A stretch of 64,000 nucleotides of DNA from an uncultured Chloroflexia bacterium (GTDB taxonomy: Bacteria; Chloroflexota; Limnocylindria; QHBO01): positions 71,065-135,064 of the forward strand of contig CAVWAU010000001.1 in the NCBI GenBank assembly GCA_963753125.1, written 5' to 3'. The notes beneath the pieces were generated by a model. That model saw nothing but the letters and a program-made list of their open reading frames with translations, made no database searches and was not told the DNA's origin. Below are positions 36,255 to 45,090 of the stretch, one piece after another; position 1 is the stretch's first letter, and each line of letters starts with the position of its first letter. Made by a program: the position numbers and the translations under genes.

Positions 36255-38119
36255 GCGATCGGACCGTCGCCGCGGCCGTCGGGCGCCGCCTCGGCACCGA
36301 CACGCTCGGACGCCTGCGCAGCCTCCGCCGTCGCCTTTGGTGGCGCCGCGCGGTCCGGGTAGGCGTCCTGGCTCTCGCCGCGACCGTCCTGGGCGTCGCG
36401 CTCGTCCAGCTGCTGGCCCGCGCCTTCCCGTTCGAGGCCGCGCTCTTCGTCCAGCTCGGCGTGGTCGCGCTCGGCTTGTTGGCGTGGGCCATCCAGACGC
36501 TTCGATCGCGTCCGTCCCTGGTCGAGGCGGCCAGGCGCGCGGACGAGGAGCTGGCCCTGCGCCAGCGGCTGGGGACGGCCCTCGAGTTGGCCGGTCACGA
36601 GACCGATGATCCGCTCGAGGCCCGCCAGCTCGCCGACGCCCGCGCCCGGCTCAACGCCGTCGATCTCCGCCGAGCCTTTCAGCCGCGCCTGGCGCGCCGC
36701 CCGCTCGCCGTGGCCGGCCTGGGGCTGGCGATGACGCTCCTGCTCGTCGCCTGGCCGAACCCGCAGGATGACGTCGTCGAGCAGCGTCGCGCCGCGCGCG
36801 AGGCCGCCGAGCGCGTCGCCGAGCGCGTCGAGGACGTGGCGGACGAGGTCGGCGAGGAGAACGTCGAGAACCCCGATCCACGCCGCGAGGAGCTCGAGCG
36901 CGAGCTCCGGGAGCTCGCCCGCCAGCTGCGCGAGCAGGGTGCCGATCGCGAGGCGACGCTGGCGCGCATCGGCTCGGTCCAGGAGGAGCTGTCGCGGATG
37001 GCCGATCCCCAGGCCGCCGAGCGCGATGCCGGCCTCACCCAGCTCGCGCGCTCCACCTCCCGAGCCGCGACCGCCGACGAGGAGGCGAACCCCGAAGGGG
37101 ACCCCGAGCAGGCGGCAAGCGACCTCGAGGAGCTCGCCGAGCGGGCAGCGTCGCTCGAACGCGAAGAGGCCCAGGCGCGCGCGGCCGAGCTACGACAGGC
37201 TGCCCAGGCCGGAGCGGCATCCCAGCCGCAGGTCGCGCAGGCGCTCGCCGAGGCCGCCGATGCGCTCGATGCCGCCGCGCGCTCCGGCTCTGAGCAGGAC
37301 CAGCGCGCGGCCGAAGAGGCGCTCCGGCGCGCCGCCGACGCGTTCCGGCAGTCGGAGCGCGACCGCCAGCTCCAGCGCGACGTCGCCCAGGCACAGTCGG
37401 CCCTCCAGGAGGGCGCGCGGCAGGTCGCCCGTGCCGGGCAGCCGACCGCGGGTCAGCCCGGCGCATCGGGCCAGCCGGGCGCCTCCGGTCAGCCCGGGAG
37501 TTCGGGCCAGCCGGGCGGCTCAGGGCAGCCCGGCGGCTCCGGTCAGCCGGGTGCATCGGGCCAGCCGGGCGCATCGGGCCAGCCCGGCGGCTCGGGTCAG
37601 CCCGGCTCGTCAGGTCAGCCCGGCAGTCAGCCCGGGAGTCAGCCCGGCGGCCAGCCGGGGAGCCAACCCGGGAATCAGCCGGGGGGCCAGCCCGGCAACC
37701 AGCCGGGCAACCAGCCAGGGAACCAGCCCGGTCAGGGCGGCCAGCAGCCGGGCGGCGGCGGTGGCACGAACGTGCGGCGCATTCCCGGCGGCGGCCTGCG
37801 CACCGGCGGCTTCGACGGCCCGACCCGCGGCAACCAGGGCTTCGAGACCGACGACCAGGGCAGCGTCCTCACCGACTTCGACCGCTTCGGGCGGCCGGGC
37901 GACCCGGACTTCATCGCCGGCAGCGGCGGCAGCGGCGGCACCGACCAGACCGGGTCGGGATCGGGCGTCGGCTTCGACAACGACAGCCTGGTGCCGTACG
38001 CATCGGTCTTCGACCTCTTCTACGACTACGCACAGTCCTCGCTCAATCGCCAGCAGGTGCCGATCACGCTGAAGGACTTCGTCCGCGACTACTTCTCGCG
38101 CCTGGAACCCACGGAGTGA
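36251..38119 (+). CDS. two-TM membrane protein with long acidic coiled coil, collagen-like (GQPGxS)9(QPGx)10 tract and conserved C-terminal domain
   Basis: ATG 36251 (ATGA overlap). TM helices VGVLALAATVLGVALVQLL and LGVVALGLLAWAI, Glu/Ala/Arg-rich heptad region, the repeat tract, then C-terminal ...VPYASVFDLFYDYAQSSLNRQQVPITLKDFVRDYFSRL. Confidence 0.8.
   Translation: MSDRTVAAAVGRRLGTDTLGRLRSLRRRLWWRRAVRVGVLALAATVLGVALVQLLARAFPFEAALFVQLGVVALGLLAWAIQTLRSRPSLVEAARRADEELALRQRLGTALELAGHETDDPLEARQLADARARLNAVDLRRAFQPRLARRPLAVAGLGLAMTLLLVAWPNPQDDVVEQRRAAREAAERVAERVEDVADEVGEENVENPDPRREELERELRELARQLREQGADREATLARIGSVQEELSRMADPQAAERDAGLTQLARSTSRAATADEEANPEGDPEQAASDLEELAERAASLEREEAQARAAELRQAAQAGAASQPQVAQALAEAADALDAAARSGSEQDQRAAEEALRRAADAFRQSERDRQLQRDVAQAQSALQEGARQVARAGQPTAGQPGASGQPGASGQPGSSGQPGGSGQPGGSGQPGASGQPGASGQPGGSGQPGSSGQPGSQPGSQPGGQPGSQPGNQPGGQPGNQPGNQPGNQPGQGGQQPGGGGGTNVRRIPGGGLRTGGFDGPTRGNQGFETDDQGSVLTDFDRFGRPGDPDFIAGSGGSGGTDQTGSGSGVGFDNDSLVPYASVFDLFYDYAQSSLNRQQVPITLKDFVRDYFSRLEPTE
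37451..37765 (+). repeat. in-frame tandem repeats: nine 18-nt units (GQPGxS), then ten 12-nt units (QPGx) and a Gly run
   Basis: Read directly: ggtcagcccggcgcatcg and close variants iterate from 37451 to 37612. cagcccggsnnn units continue to about 37735. GGQQPGGGGG ends at 37765. Confidence 0.85.
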
Positions 38120-39153
38120 GCGAAGGACCGATGACGACCGAGCCGACACCGACCGCCCCGCCGACCTCGACCCTGCTCGAGCCGGAGCGCTTCGCCGAGC
38201 TGGCCACCGCCATCGAGCGCGAGGTCGGAACCTTCATCGTCGGCCAGCAGCAGCTCGTGCGCCAGACGCTCATCAGCCTGCTGGCCGGATCGCACGCGCT
38301 GCTGGAGGGCGTTCCCGGGCTCGGCAAGACGATGCTGGTGCGCACGATGTCCGAGGCCCTCGACCTCGGGTTCTCACGCATCCAGTTCACGCCGGACCTG
38401 ATGCCGGCCGACATCATCGGCACCAACATCATCGTCGAGGAGGGCGGGGAGCGGCGCTTCCGCTTCCAGCAGGGCCCGATCTTCTCCAACCTCGTGCTGG
38501 CCGACGAGATCAACCGCGCCACGCCGAAGACGCAGTCGGCGCTGCTGGAAGCGATGCAGGAGCACCGCGTGACCGTCGCCAAGCAGCAGTACACCCTGTC
38601 CGAGCCGTTCTTCGTGCTCGCGACGCAGAACCCGCTCGAAATGGAGGGCACCTACCCGCTGCCGGAGGCGCAGCTGGATCGGTTCTTCTTCAAGGTCGAC
38701 GTGCCCTTCCCGTCTGAGGAAGACCTCGTCCGGATCATGGAGCGCACAACCGGAGTCGAGCAGCCGACCGTCGGCAAGGCCGCCACGGGCGCCGAGGTGA
38801 TCGCAATGCAGCAGCTCGCGCGCGACGTGCCGATCGCCTCGCACGTTATGGCCTACGCGATCCGCATCCTGCGCGCCACGCATCCGGAGACCGAGCGCGT
38901 GCCCGAGATCGTGCGCACCTACGTGCGCTACGGCGCGTCACCGCGCGGGGCGCAGGCGATGGTGCTGGGCGCCAAGATCGGCGCGCTGCTCGACGGTCGC
39001 TTCAACGTCTCGTACGGGGACGTGCAGGCCGTCGCCGCCCCGGCTCTGCGCCACCGGGTGATCCTCAACTTCGAGGGTGAGGCCGAGGGCATCAGCACCG
39101 ACTCGATCGTTCGCGCGATCATCGCCGAGACGCCCACCGAACCGGCCGAGTAG
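38116..39153 (+). CDS. MoxR-family AAA+ ATPase
   Basis: GTG 38116 (GTGA overlap). Walker A GVPGLGKT, Walker B LLADEINRATPKTQSALLEAMQE, VLATQNPLEMEGTYPLPEAQLDRF, GASPRG. Confidence 0.9.
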   Translation: MSEGPMTTEPTPTAPPTSTLLEPERFAELATAIEREVGTFIVGQQQLVRQTLISLLAGSHALLEGVPGLGKTMLVRTMSEALDLGFSRIQFTPDLMPADIIGTNIIVEEGGERRFRFQQGPIFSNLVLADEINRATPKTQSALLEAMQEHRVTVAKQQYTLSEPFFVLATQNPLEMEGTYPLPEAQLDRFFFKVDVPFPSEEDLVRIMERTTGVEQPTVGKAATGAEVIAMQQLARDVPIASHVMAYAIRILRATHPETERVPEIVRTYVRYGASPRGAQAMVLGAKIGALLDGRFNVSYGDVQAVAAPALRHRVILNFEGEAEGISTDSIVRAIIAETPTEPAE

Positions 39154-39329
39154 CGGGCCATGGGGTCCTCGCGCGCGCGCCGATCGGAGCTTGCACCGTG
39201 CGGCCAGGTCTCGGTGAGGCGCTCGCAACCGTCATTGGTGCTGCGTGACATCGTGCAGCACGATGGCACGGTCTCACGATCTCACGCGGGACCTCTGACA
39301 GCGGCGACAACCGCTCGTCGAAGACGCTC

Positions 39330-40220
39330 GTGACGACCACCGAGCGCGCACCGTTCTTCGACGAGGCCTTTCTGCGCCGCCTCGAGCAGCTCGAGCTCGC
39401 CTCGCGCCGCCTGACCGCCGGACGCATGAAGGGCGAGCGTCGCAGCGTGCGGCGCGGGCAGAGCGTCGAGTTCGCCGACTACCGCAACTACACCGCCGGC
39501 GACGACCTGCGCCAGCTCGACTGGAACGCCTACGCCCGCCTGGAGCGCCTCTTCGTGAAGCTCTTCGTCGAGGAGGAGGACGTCACCGTCCACATCCTGG
39601 TCGACGCCAGCCGCAGCATGGACTACGGCGAGCCGAACAAGCTCGACGCCGCCCGGCGGGCCGCGGCGGCCCTCGGCTACCTCGGCCTGGCGAGCATGGA
39701 TCGGGTCAGCGTCGCGTTCCTCGGCGACGGCGCCGCCAGCGGAATGCGGCCGCTGCGCGGCAAGCGGAGGGCGCTCGAGCTGTTCCGCTTCCTCTCCGAG
39801 CCCCGCACCGAGCGCCTCACCGGGCTGGCCAGCGCCGCGCGCGCGTATGCGGGACGCATGCGCGGCTCAGGACCGCTCCTGCTCATCAGCGACCTCATGG
39901 ACCCCGGCTACCTCGACGCGCTTCGCGACCTGGCCGGCACGCGCTCGCAGCTCTCGGTGCTTCACCTCCTGGCGCCTGACGAGATCGAGCCGGAGGTCCC
40001 GCCCGACGCGCGCCTCGTCGACAACGAGACGGGCCACGCCGTCGAGGTCTCCGGCGACGACGACCTCGTCGACCGATACCGCACCCGACTTGCCGAGTGG
40101 CAGGCGGAGATCGCCACCTTCGTCAGCAAGCGTGGCGGCGCCTACGTCCAGGTGCCCGCCGACCTCGACCTGACGGACCTCCTCTTCGACGTCCTGAGGC
40201 GCCGGAGGGTCGTGGAGTGA
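39330..40220 (+). CDS. DUF58 domain protein (MoxR partner, degenerate VWA fold)
   Basis: 296-aa ORF. GERRSVRRGQSVEFADYRNYTAGDDLRQLDWNAYAR and HILVDASRSM are DUF58 hallmarks. Confidence 0.88.
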   Translation: MTTTERAPFFDEAFLRRLEQLELASRRLTAGRMKGERRSVRRGQSVEFADYRNYTAGDDLRQLDWNAYARLERLFVKLFVEEEDVTVHILVDASRSMDYGEPNKLDAARRAAAALGYLGLASMDRVSVAFLGDGAASGMRPLRGKRRALELFRFLSEPRTERLTGLASAARAYAGRMRGSGPLLLISDLMDPGYLDALRDLAGTRSQLSVLHLLAPDEIEPEVPPDARLVDNETGHAVEVSGDDDLVDRYRTRLAEWQAEIATFVSKRGGAYVQVPADLDLTDLLFDVLRRRRVVE

Positions 40221-42169
40221 TCGTTCCGCTGGCCCTCATCGGTCTCGTCAGCCTGCCGATCATCGTCGCCTTCTACATGCTGCGGCTGCGCCGGCGCGAC
40301 TATCCGGTGGGCTCGACCTTCCTGTGGCAGCAGCTCATCCGCGACGTCGAGGCCAACGCGCCGTGGCAGCGGCTGCGGTTCAGCTGGCTCCTGCTCGTCC
40401 AGCTCCTCATCGCCGCCATCGTCGTTCTGGCCGCGGCGCGTCCGTTCTGCGCGACGACGTCGGACCTGGCGGCCAACGTGGTGCTGATCGTGGATACCAG
40501 CGCCTCGATGGCGACGCGCACCGATGGCGAGGACCGCATGGCGCTGGCGCGCGAGCGCGCGGCGGATGTGGTCGGGCGGCTGCCGGAGGGCGGGCGGGTG
40601 ACGGTGGTGGCGGCGGCCGACACGGCCAACGTGCTCGTGAGCGAGACCGATGACCGCGACGCGGCGCTCGAGGCGATCGACGGCATCACCGCCAGCCAGC
40701 TGCCGGGCGACCTGACCGATGCCTTCGCGCTGGCCTCGGCATTGGCGGCGCGCGACTCCGACTCGACGATCGTGGTCGTCAGCGACGCATCCGGCGACGA
40801 GCTGCCCGAGGTCGGCGTCGGGGCACCGGTGCTCGTGGAGCTCGTCGGCGAGACCGATGGCAACCAGTCGCTTGCCGCGCTCTCCGCGCTTCGGCGTTCG
40901 GGCGGCGCCCAGCTGGACCTGTTCGTCGCGGTTGCCAACACCTCGACGGTCGAGGCCACCCGGCGCCTCGAGATCTACGCCGACGGCGCGCTCGTCGACG
41001 CCCGCGAGCTGACGATCCCGCCGGGCCAGCGATCGGAGGCGCTGATCAGCACCGTTCCGCCGACCACGGCGACCGTCGAGGCCCGCCTCGCCGGCTCCGA
41101 CGCGCTCGCCACCGACGATCGCGCCTTCGCGATCGTGCCGGCCCAGGGCCGCACCAGGGCGCTGCTGGTGGGCGAGAGCAACGCCTACCTCGAGAACGCG
41201 ATGGCGCTGCTCCCCCGACTCGAGCTCTACGCCGTCGATGAGGCCGGCTACGCCGACGCGCTCGCGGAGGCCGAGGAAGCGGGCACACCGTACGGGCTGT
41301 TCGTCTTCGACGGCGTCCTGCCCGACGAGCCGCCTCCGGGCGCCGCGCTCTACATCGATCCTCCCGACGACGGCGAGTTCGGCACGGTTGCCGGGCGCAT
41401 CAGCGGACCGCTCATCGACCGCACCGATCCGGACGAGCCGATCCTGCGCTTCGTCGACCTCGCGAGCGTCCACATCGGTCGGGCGCGCGAGGTGACCCTG
41501 GCCGAGGGGATGCGGCCGGTCGTTGCCACCGGCGCCGGGCACCCGCTGGTGGCGGTCGGCGAGGGCGAGGGGCGGCGGCTGGCGCTCATCGGCTTCGACC
41601 TGGGCGAGTCCGACCTGCCGCTCCAGGTCGCCTTCCCGCTGCTGATGAGCAACCTCGTCGACCACCTCCTGCCGATGGCCGAGGGGATCCTGCCGTCGTC
41701 GATGCCGCTCGGCGAGTCGGTAACCGCCGCCGTCGACCCGAGCATCGAGCGCGTCAGCGTGGTGACCACCGGTGCCGACGGGGCGGGCACCGCGGTCGAG
41801 GTGCCCGTGGTCGGCGGGCAGCTCACGCTGGCCGGCGCCGACGCCGTCGGCGTGCGCGAGGTGCGCGCGGTCAGCGACGACCCCGCCATTGGCAACCAGG
41901 TCCTCGGCCGCACCGCGGTCAACCTGTTCAGCGCCGACGAGTCCGATGTCGCGCCGGGCGACCCGCAGCGCATCGTCGACATGGGCCGCGTTCCCGACGA
42001 CGCGGGTGGGCCCGGCCAGCCGACCCGGTCGGAGTGGTGGTGGCCGCTGGCCCTCGCCGCCCTCGCGCTGCTGGCGGCCGAGTGGATCCTCTACCACCGG
42101 CCGACGCGGCGAACCCTGGCGCGGGCCTTCGGCCGGCGTCCCCAGCCGCTCGGTGGGCGGGCGCGATGA
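40217..42169 (+). CDS. BatA-N-terminal-domain plus VWA membrane protein
   Basis: GTG 40217 (GTGA overlap) inside track ORF 40097..42169. N-terminal LALIGLVSLPIIVAFYMLRLRRRDYPVGSTFLW (aerotolerance BatA-type TM domain), MIDAS VLIVDTSASM, C-terminal TM WWWPLALAALALLAAEWILY. Confidence 0.85.
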   Translation: MIVPLALIGLVSLPIIVAFYMLRLRRRDYPVGSTFLWQQLIRDVEANAPWQRLRFSWLLLVQLLIAAIVVLAAARPFCATTSDLAANVVLIVDTSASMATRTDGEDRMALARERAADVVGRLPEGGRVTVVAAADTANVLVSETDDRDAALEAIDGITASQLPGDLTDAFALASALAARDSDSTIVVVSDASGDELPEVGVGAPVLVELVGETDGNQSLAALSALRRSGGAQLDLFVAVANTSTVEATRRLEIYADGALVDARELTIPPGQRSEALISTVPPTTATVEARLAGSDALATDDRAFAIVPAQGRTRALLVGESNAYLENAMALLPRLELYAVDEAGYADALAEAEEAGTPYGLFVFDGVLPDEPPPGAALYIDPPDDGEFGTVAGRISGPLIDRTDPDEPILRFVDLASVHIGRAREVTLAEGMRPVVATGAGHPLVAVGEGEGRRLALIGFDLGESDLPLQVAFPLLMSNLVDHLLPMAEGILPSSMPLGESVTAAVDPSIERVSVVTTGADGAGTAVEVPVVGGQLTLAGADAVGVREVRAVSDDPAIGNQVLGRTAVNLFSADESDVAPGDPQRIVDMGRVPDDAGGPGQPTRSEWWWPLALAALALLAAEWILYHRPTRRTLARAFGRRPQPLGGRAR

Positions 42170-45090
42170 ACCTGCCCATCAACTTCGCCGACCCGGTCTG
42201 GCTGTGGCTGGCCGTGCCGGTCGGCGCGATCGTCGTCGTCGGCTGGCTTGCGGCCTCGCGCACCCTCCCCGCCGGGCGGCGGATCGCGTCGCTCGTGATT
42301 CGCATCGCGCTGGCGGCCTGTCTCATCCTCTCGCTGGCGGGAATGCGCCTCGCGCTGCCGTCGGATCGGCTCAGCGTGGTCTTCCTGCTCGACGCATCGG
42401 CCTCGATGCTCGACGCCACCAGCGAGGAGCTGGTCGACTGGGCGCGCGCTGCGGTGCGCGACATGCCCGAGGGCGACACGGCCGGCGTCGTCGTCTTCGG
42501 TGCCAACGCGCTCGTCGACCGGCTGCCGTCGGAGCTCGACGAGCTCGCCGAGCCCGCCTCGGCGCCGGTCACCGGCGCCACCGACGTCGGCGCTGCCGTG
42601 CGCCTGGCGGCCGCCATCTTCCCGGCCGGCACGCAGCAGCGGATCGTGCTCCTGTCCGACGGCAACGACACATCCGGCGAGGCCGAGGACGCCATCGCCG
42701 CTGCCGCCGCCCGCGGGATCCGGCTCGACGTCGTCAGCCCGGCCGACGAGTCCGCGGCCGAGGTGCTGGTCGATGCGCTCGACGCGCCGCCGGGTGCGCG
42801 GGTCGGCGAGACCATCGACCTCGTGGTCCGGCTGCGCTCGACGATCACGACCGGCGCCACCCTGCGGCTGCTGGCGGACGGGGCCACGGTCGCGACCCGC
42901 GAGCTCGAGCTCGAGCCGGGGATCACCGCCATCCCGTTCAGCGTGACCGCCGACGAGCCCGGCTTCCACGTCTTCCGCGCGGTCATCGAGCCGGAGACGG
43001 ATCGGTTCAGCGAGAACAACGCGGCCGATGCCTACGTGCTCGTCTCCGGCCCGCCGCAGGTGCTCGTCGCGACCGACGACGCCGAGCGTGCCGCCGACCT
43101 CATCGCGTCGCTCACCGATGGCGACCTCGAGGTCACGGTCGTGCCGTCGGGCGGCGTCCCGTCGTCGCTGACGGCCCTGGCCAGCTACGACAGCATCGTC
43201 CTGGACAACGTCCCCGCCGACGCGCTCGGCGGGACGACGATGGCCGCGATCCAGTCCTACGTCCGCGACCTCGGCAAGGGCCTCGTCATGCTCGGCGGGC
43301 GCGACAGCTACGGCGCCGGCGGCTATCTCGACACGCCGCTCGAGGAGACGCTGCCGGTGTACATGACCGTCCGCGACCGCGAGCGCTCCCCCGACGTGGC
43401 GATGGTGGCGGTGGTCGACAAGTCGGGCAGCATGGCCGACTGCCACTGCACCGGCGACAGCCGCGACGCGGCCAATCCATCGGGACAGAGAGGCTTCGAG
43501 AAGGTTGACATCGCCAAGGAGGCGATCCTGCGGGCCGCCGAGGCGCTGGCGCCGACCGACCAGCTCGGCGTCGTCGCCTTCGACCAGGGCGCGCACTGGG
43601 CCGTGCGCACGGCACCGATCGACTTCGGCGCGCTCGGCAACGGCCTCGGCTTCCGCGCCGACGGCAACACGAACATCTACGCCGGCCTGAAGGCGGCCTA
43701 CGACGACCTCGTGAACAACCCGGCGACGCTCCGCCACATCATCCTCATCACAGACGGCTGGTCGCAGTCCGGCGCCTACGACGACCTGCTGGCGGACATG
43801 CAGTCGGCCGGGATCACGCTGTCGACCATCGGCACCGGGGGTGGATCGGCCCGGATCCTCCAAGAGCTGGCCGAGGAGTCGGGCGGCCGCTACTACGACG
43901 CCGCCGACGCGACCACCATCCCGGACATCTTCGTGCGCGAGACGATCCGCACCGCCGGCGAGCAGATCGTCGAGGAAACCTTCCAGCCGATCCCGTCCTC
44001 TTCCTCGGAAATTCTCGAGGGCATGGACGCCGGGCGCCTGCCGCAGCTGCTCGGCTATAACGCGACCACGGCCAAGGGCAGCGCCACCGTCGCGCTGCTC
44101 ACCGGCCGCGAGGACCCGCTGCTGGCGCAGTGGCAGTACGGGCTCGGACGCGCCGCGGCGTGGACCAGCGACGCGCGGCAGCAGTGGGCCACGCCCTGGA
44201 TCGGGACGCCCGAGTTCGGCACCCTCACCGCGCAGCTGGTGGCGTGGACGCTGCCGCCGCAGGACTCGGAGGGGATCGACGTGCGCTTCAGCCCCGGCGA
44301 TCGCGGCGAGCTGAACGTGGAGGTCACCTCGTTCGACGATGAAGGCGGGCCGCGCAACTTCTACCGCACCGTGCTGCGCCTCATCTCGCCGGACCTCGAG
44401 CCGACCCAGGCCGTCCTCGAGCAGACCGGCCCGGGCCGCTACGCGGGCACGGTCCACGCCGAGGACCCGGGCGCCTATCTCGTGCGCGTGGCCCAGACGC
44501 TGGAGAGCGCGGAGGGGACCGATGCGGCCAGCCGCACGCTCGGCATCGTCTCCCCCACCGCCGACGAGTTCCGTCGCCTCGGCGTCGACACCGATGCGCT
44601 CGCCGCCTACGCCGCCGCCGGCAACGGCCGCCAGCTGCCGCTGGACGCCGAGGAGCCGGGTACCGAGGTCTGGCGCCACGACATCGCCGCCGGCGCCTTC
44701 CCGACGCCGATCTGGCCGTGGCTCCTGCTCCTGGCGATCGTGCTCGTCCCGCTCGACGTCGGCGTTCGGCGCGTGGCCCTCACGCGAGCCGACCTGCGAC
44801 GGGCACGGAGCTGGGCGGCACGCCGCATCGGGCTCGGGCGACCGGTGCCGGAGGCCGTCCCCGGCCTCGCCGAGCTCCGTGCTGCGAAGGCCCGCAGCGA
44901 CCGCCGCGCCGAGCGCGTCGTGGAGCCACAGCCTGCCGAGGCGATGGCGCCGGCCGCGGCGGTCGCGTCATCCCCGCCGCCCGCCCCCCAGCCTCGACCC
45001 GCTCCGGAGCCTGCGCCGGCGTCCGAGGCGCCGCCGGATCCCGGCGAGACGCTTGCCGAGCGCCTGGTGCGGCGCCGGCGCGGTCGCTAG
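42166..45090 (+). CDS. membrane protein with two VWA domains flanking a GATase1-like region, C-terminal TM and Pro/Ala-rich tail
   Basis: ATG 42166 (ATGA overlap) inside track ORF 42034..45090. N-terminal TM pair, MIDAS 1 VVFLLDASASM, MIDAS 2 VAVVDKSGSM, LITDGWSQSG, TM PIWPWLLLLAIVLVPL. Confidence 0.85.
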   Translation: MNLPINFADPVWLWLAVPVGAIVVVGWLAASRTLPAGRRIASLVIRIALAACLILSLAGMRLALPSDRLSVVFLLDASASMLDATSEELVDWARAAVRDMPEGDTAGVVVFGANALVDRLPSELDELAEPASAPVTGATDVGAAVRLAAAIFPAGTQQRIVLLSDGNDTSGEAEDAIAAAAARGIRLDVVSPADESAAEVLVDALDAPPGARVGETIDLVVRLRSTITTGATLRLLADGATVATRELELEPGITAIPFSVTADEPGFHVFRAVIEPETDRFSENNAADAYVLVSGPPQVLVATDDAERAADLIASLTDGDLEVTVVPSGGVPSSLTALASYDSIVLDNVPADALGGTTMAAIQSYVRDLGKGLVMLGGRDSYGAGGYLDTPLEETLPVYMTVRDRERSPDVAMVAVVDKSGSMADCHCTGDSRDAANPSGQRGFEKVDIAKEAILRAAEALAPTDQLGVVAFDQGAHWAVRTAPIDFGALGNGLGFRADGNTNIYAGLKAAYDDLVNNPATLRHIILITDGWSQSGAYDDLLADMQSAGITLSTIGTGGGSARILQELAEESGGRYYDAADATTIPDIFVRETIRTAGEQIVEETFQPIPSSSSEILEGMDAGRLPQLLGYNATTAKGSATVALLTGREDPLLAQWQYGLGRAAAWTSDARQQWATPWIGTPEFGTLTAQLVAWTLPPQDSEGIDVRFSPGDRGELNVEVTSFDDEGGPRNFYRTVLRLISPDLEPTQAVLEQTGPGRYAGTVHAEDPGAYLVRVAQTLESAEGTDAASRTLGIVSPTADEFRRLGVDTDALAAYAAAGNGRQLPLDAEEPGTEVWRHDIAAGAFPTPIWPWLLLLAIVLVPLDVGVRRVALTRADLRRARSWAARRIGLGRPVPEAVPGLAELRAAKARSDRRAERVVEPQPAEAMAPAAAVASSPPPAPQPRPAPEPAPASEAPPDPGETLAERLVRRRRGR

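Noticed and set aside
37451-37765. Regular short repeats considered as a possible CRISPR-like array
   Set aside because: The units are contiguous with no spacers, are 18 and 12 nt long, and maintain a reading frame inside a well-supported gene. This is a protein-coding tandem repeat.
39160-39333. 58-codon ORF filling the MoxR-DUF58 spacer and ending in a GTGA overlap
   Set aside because: Third-position GC is only about 68%, and the product is Arg/Ser-rich with no motif. Probably non-coding.
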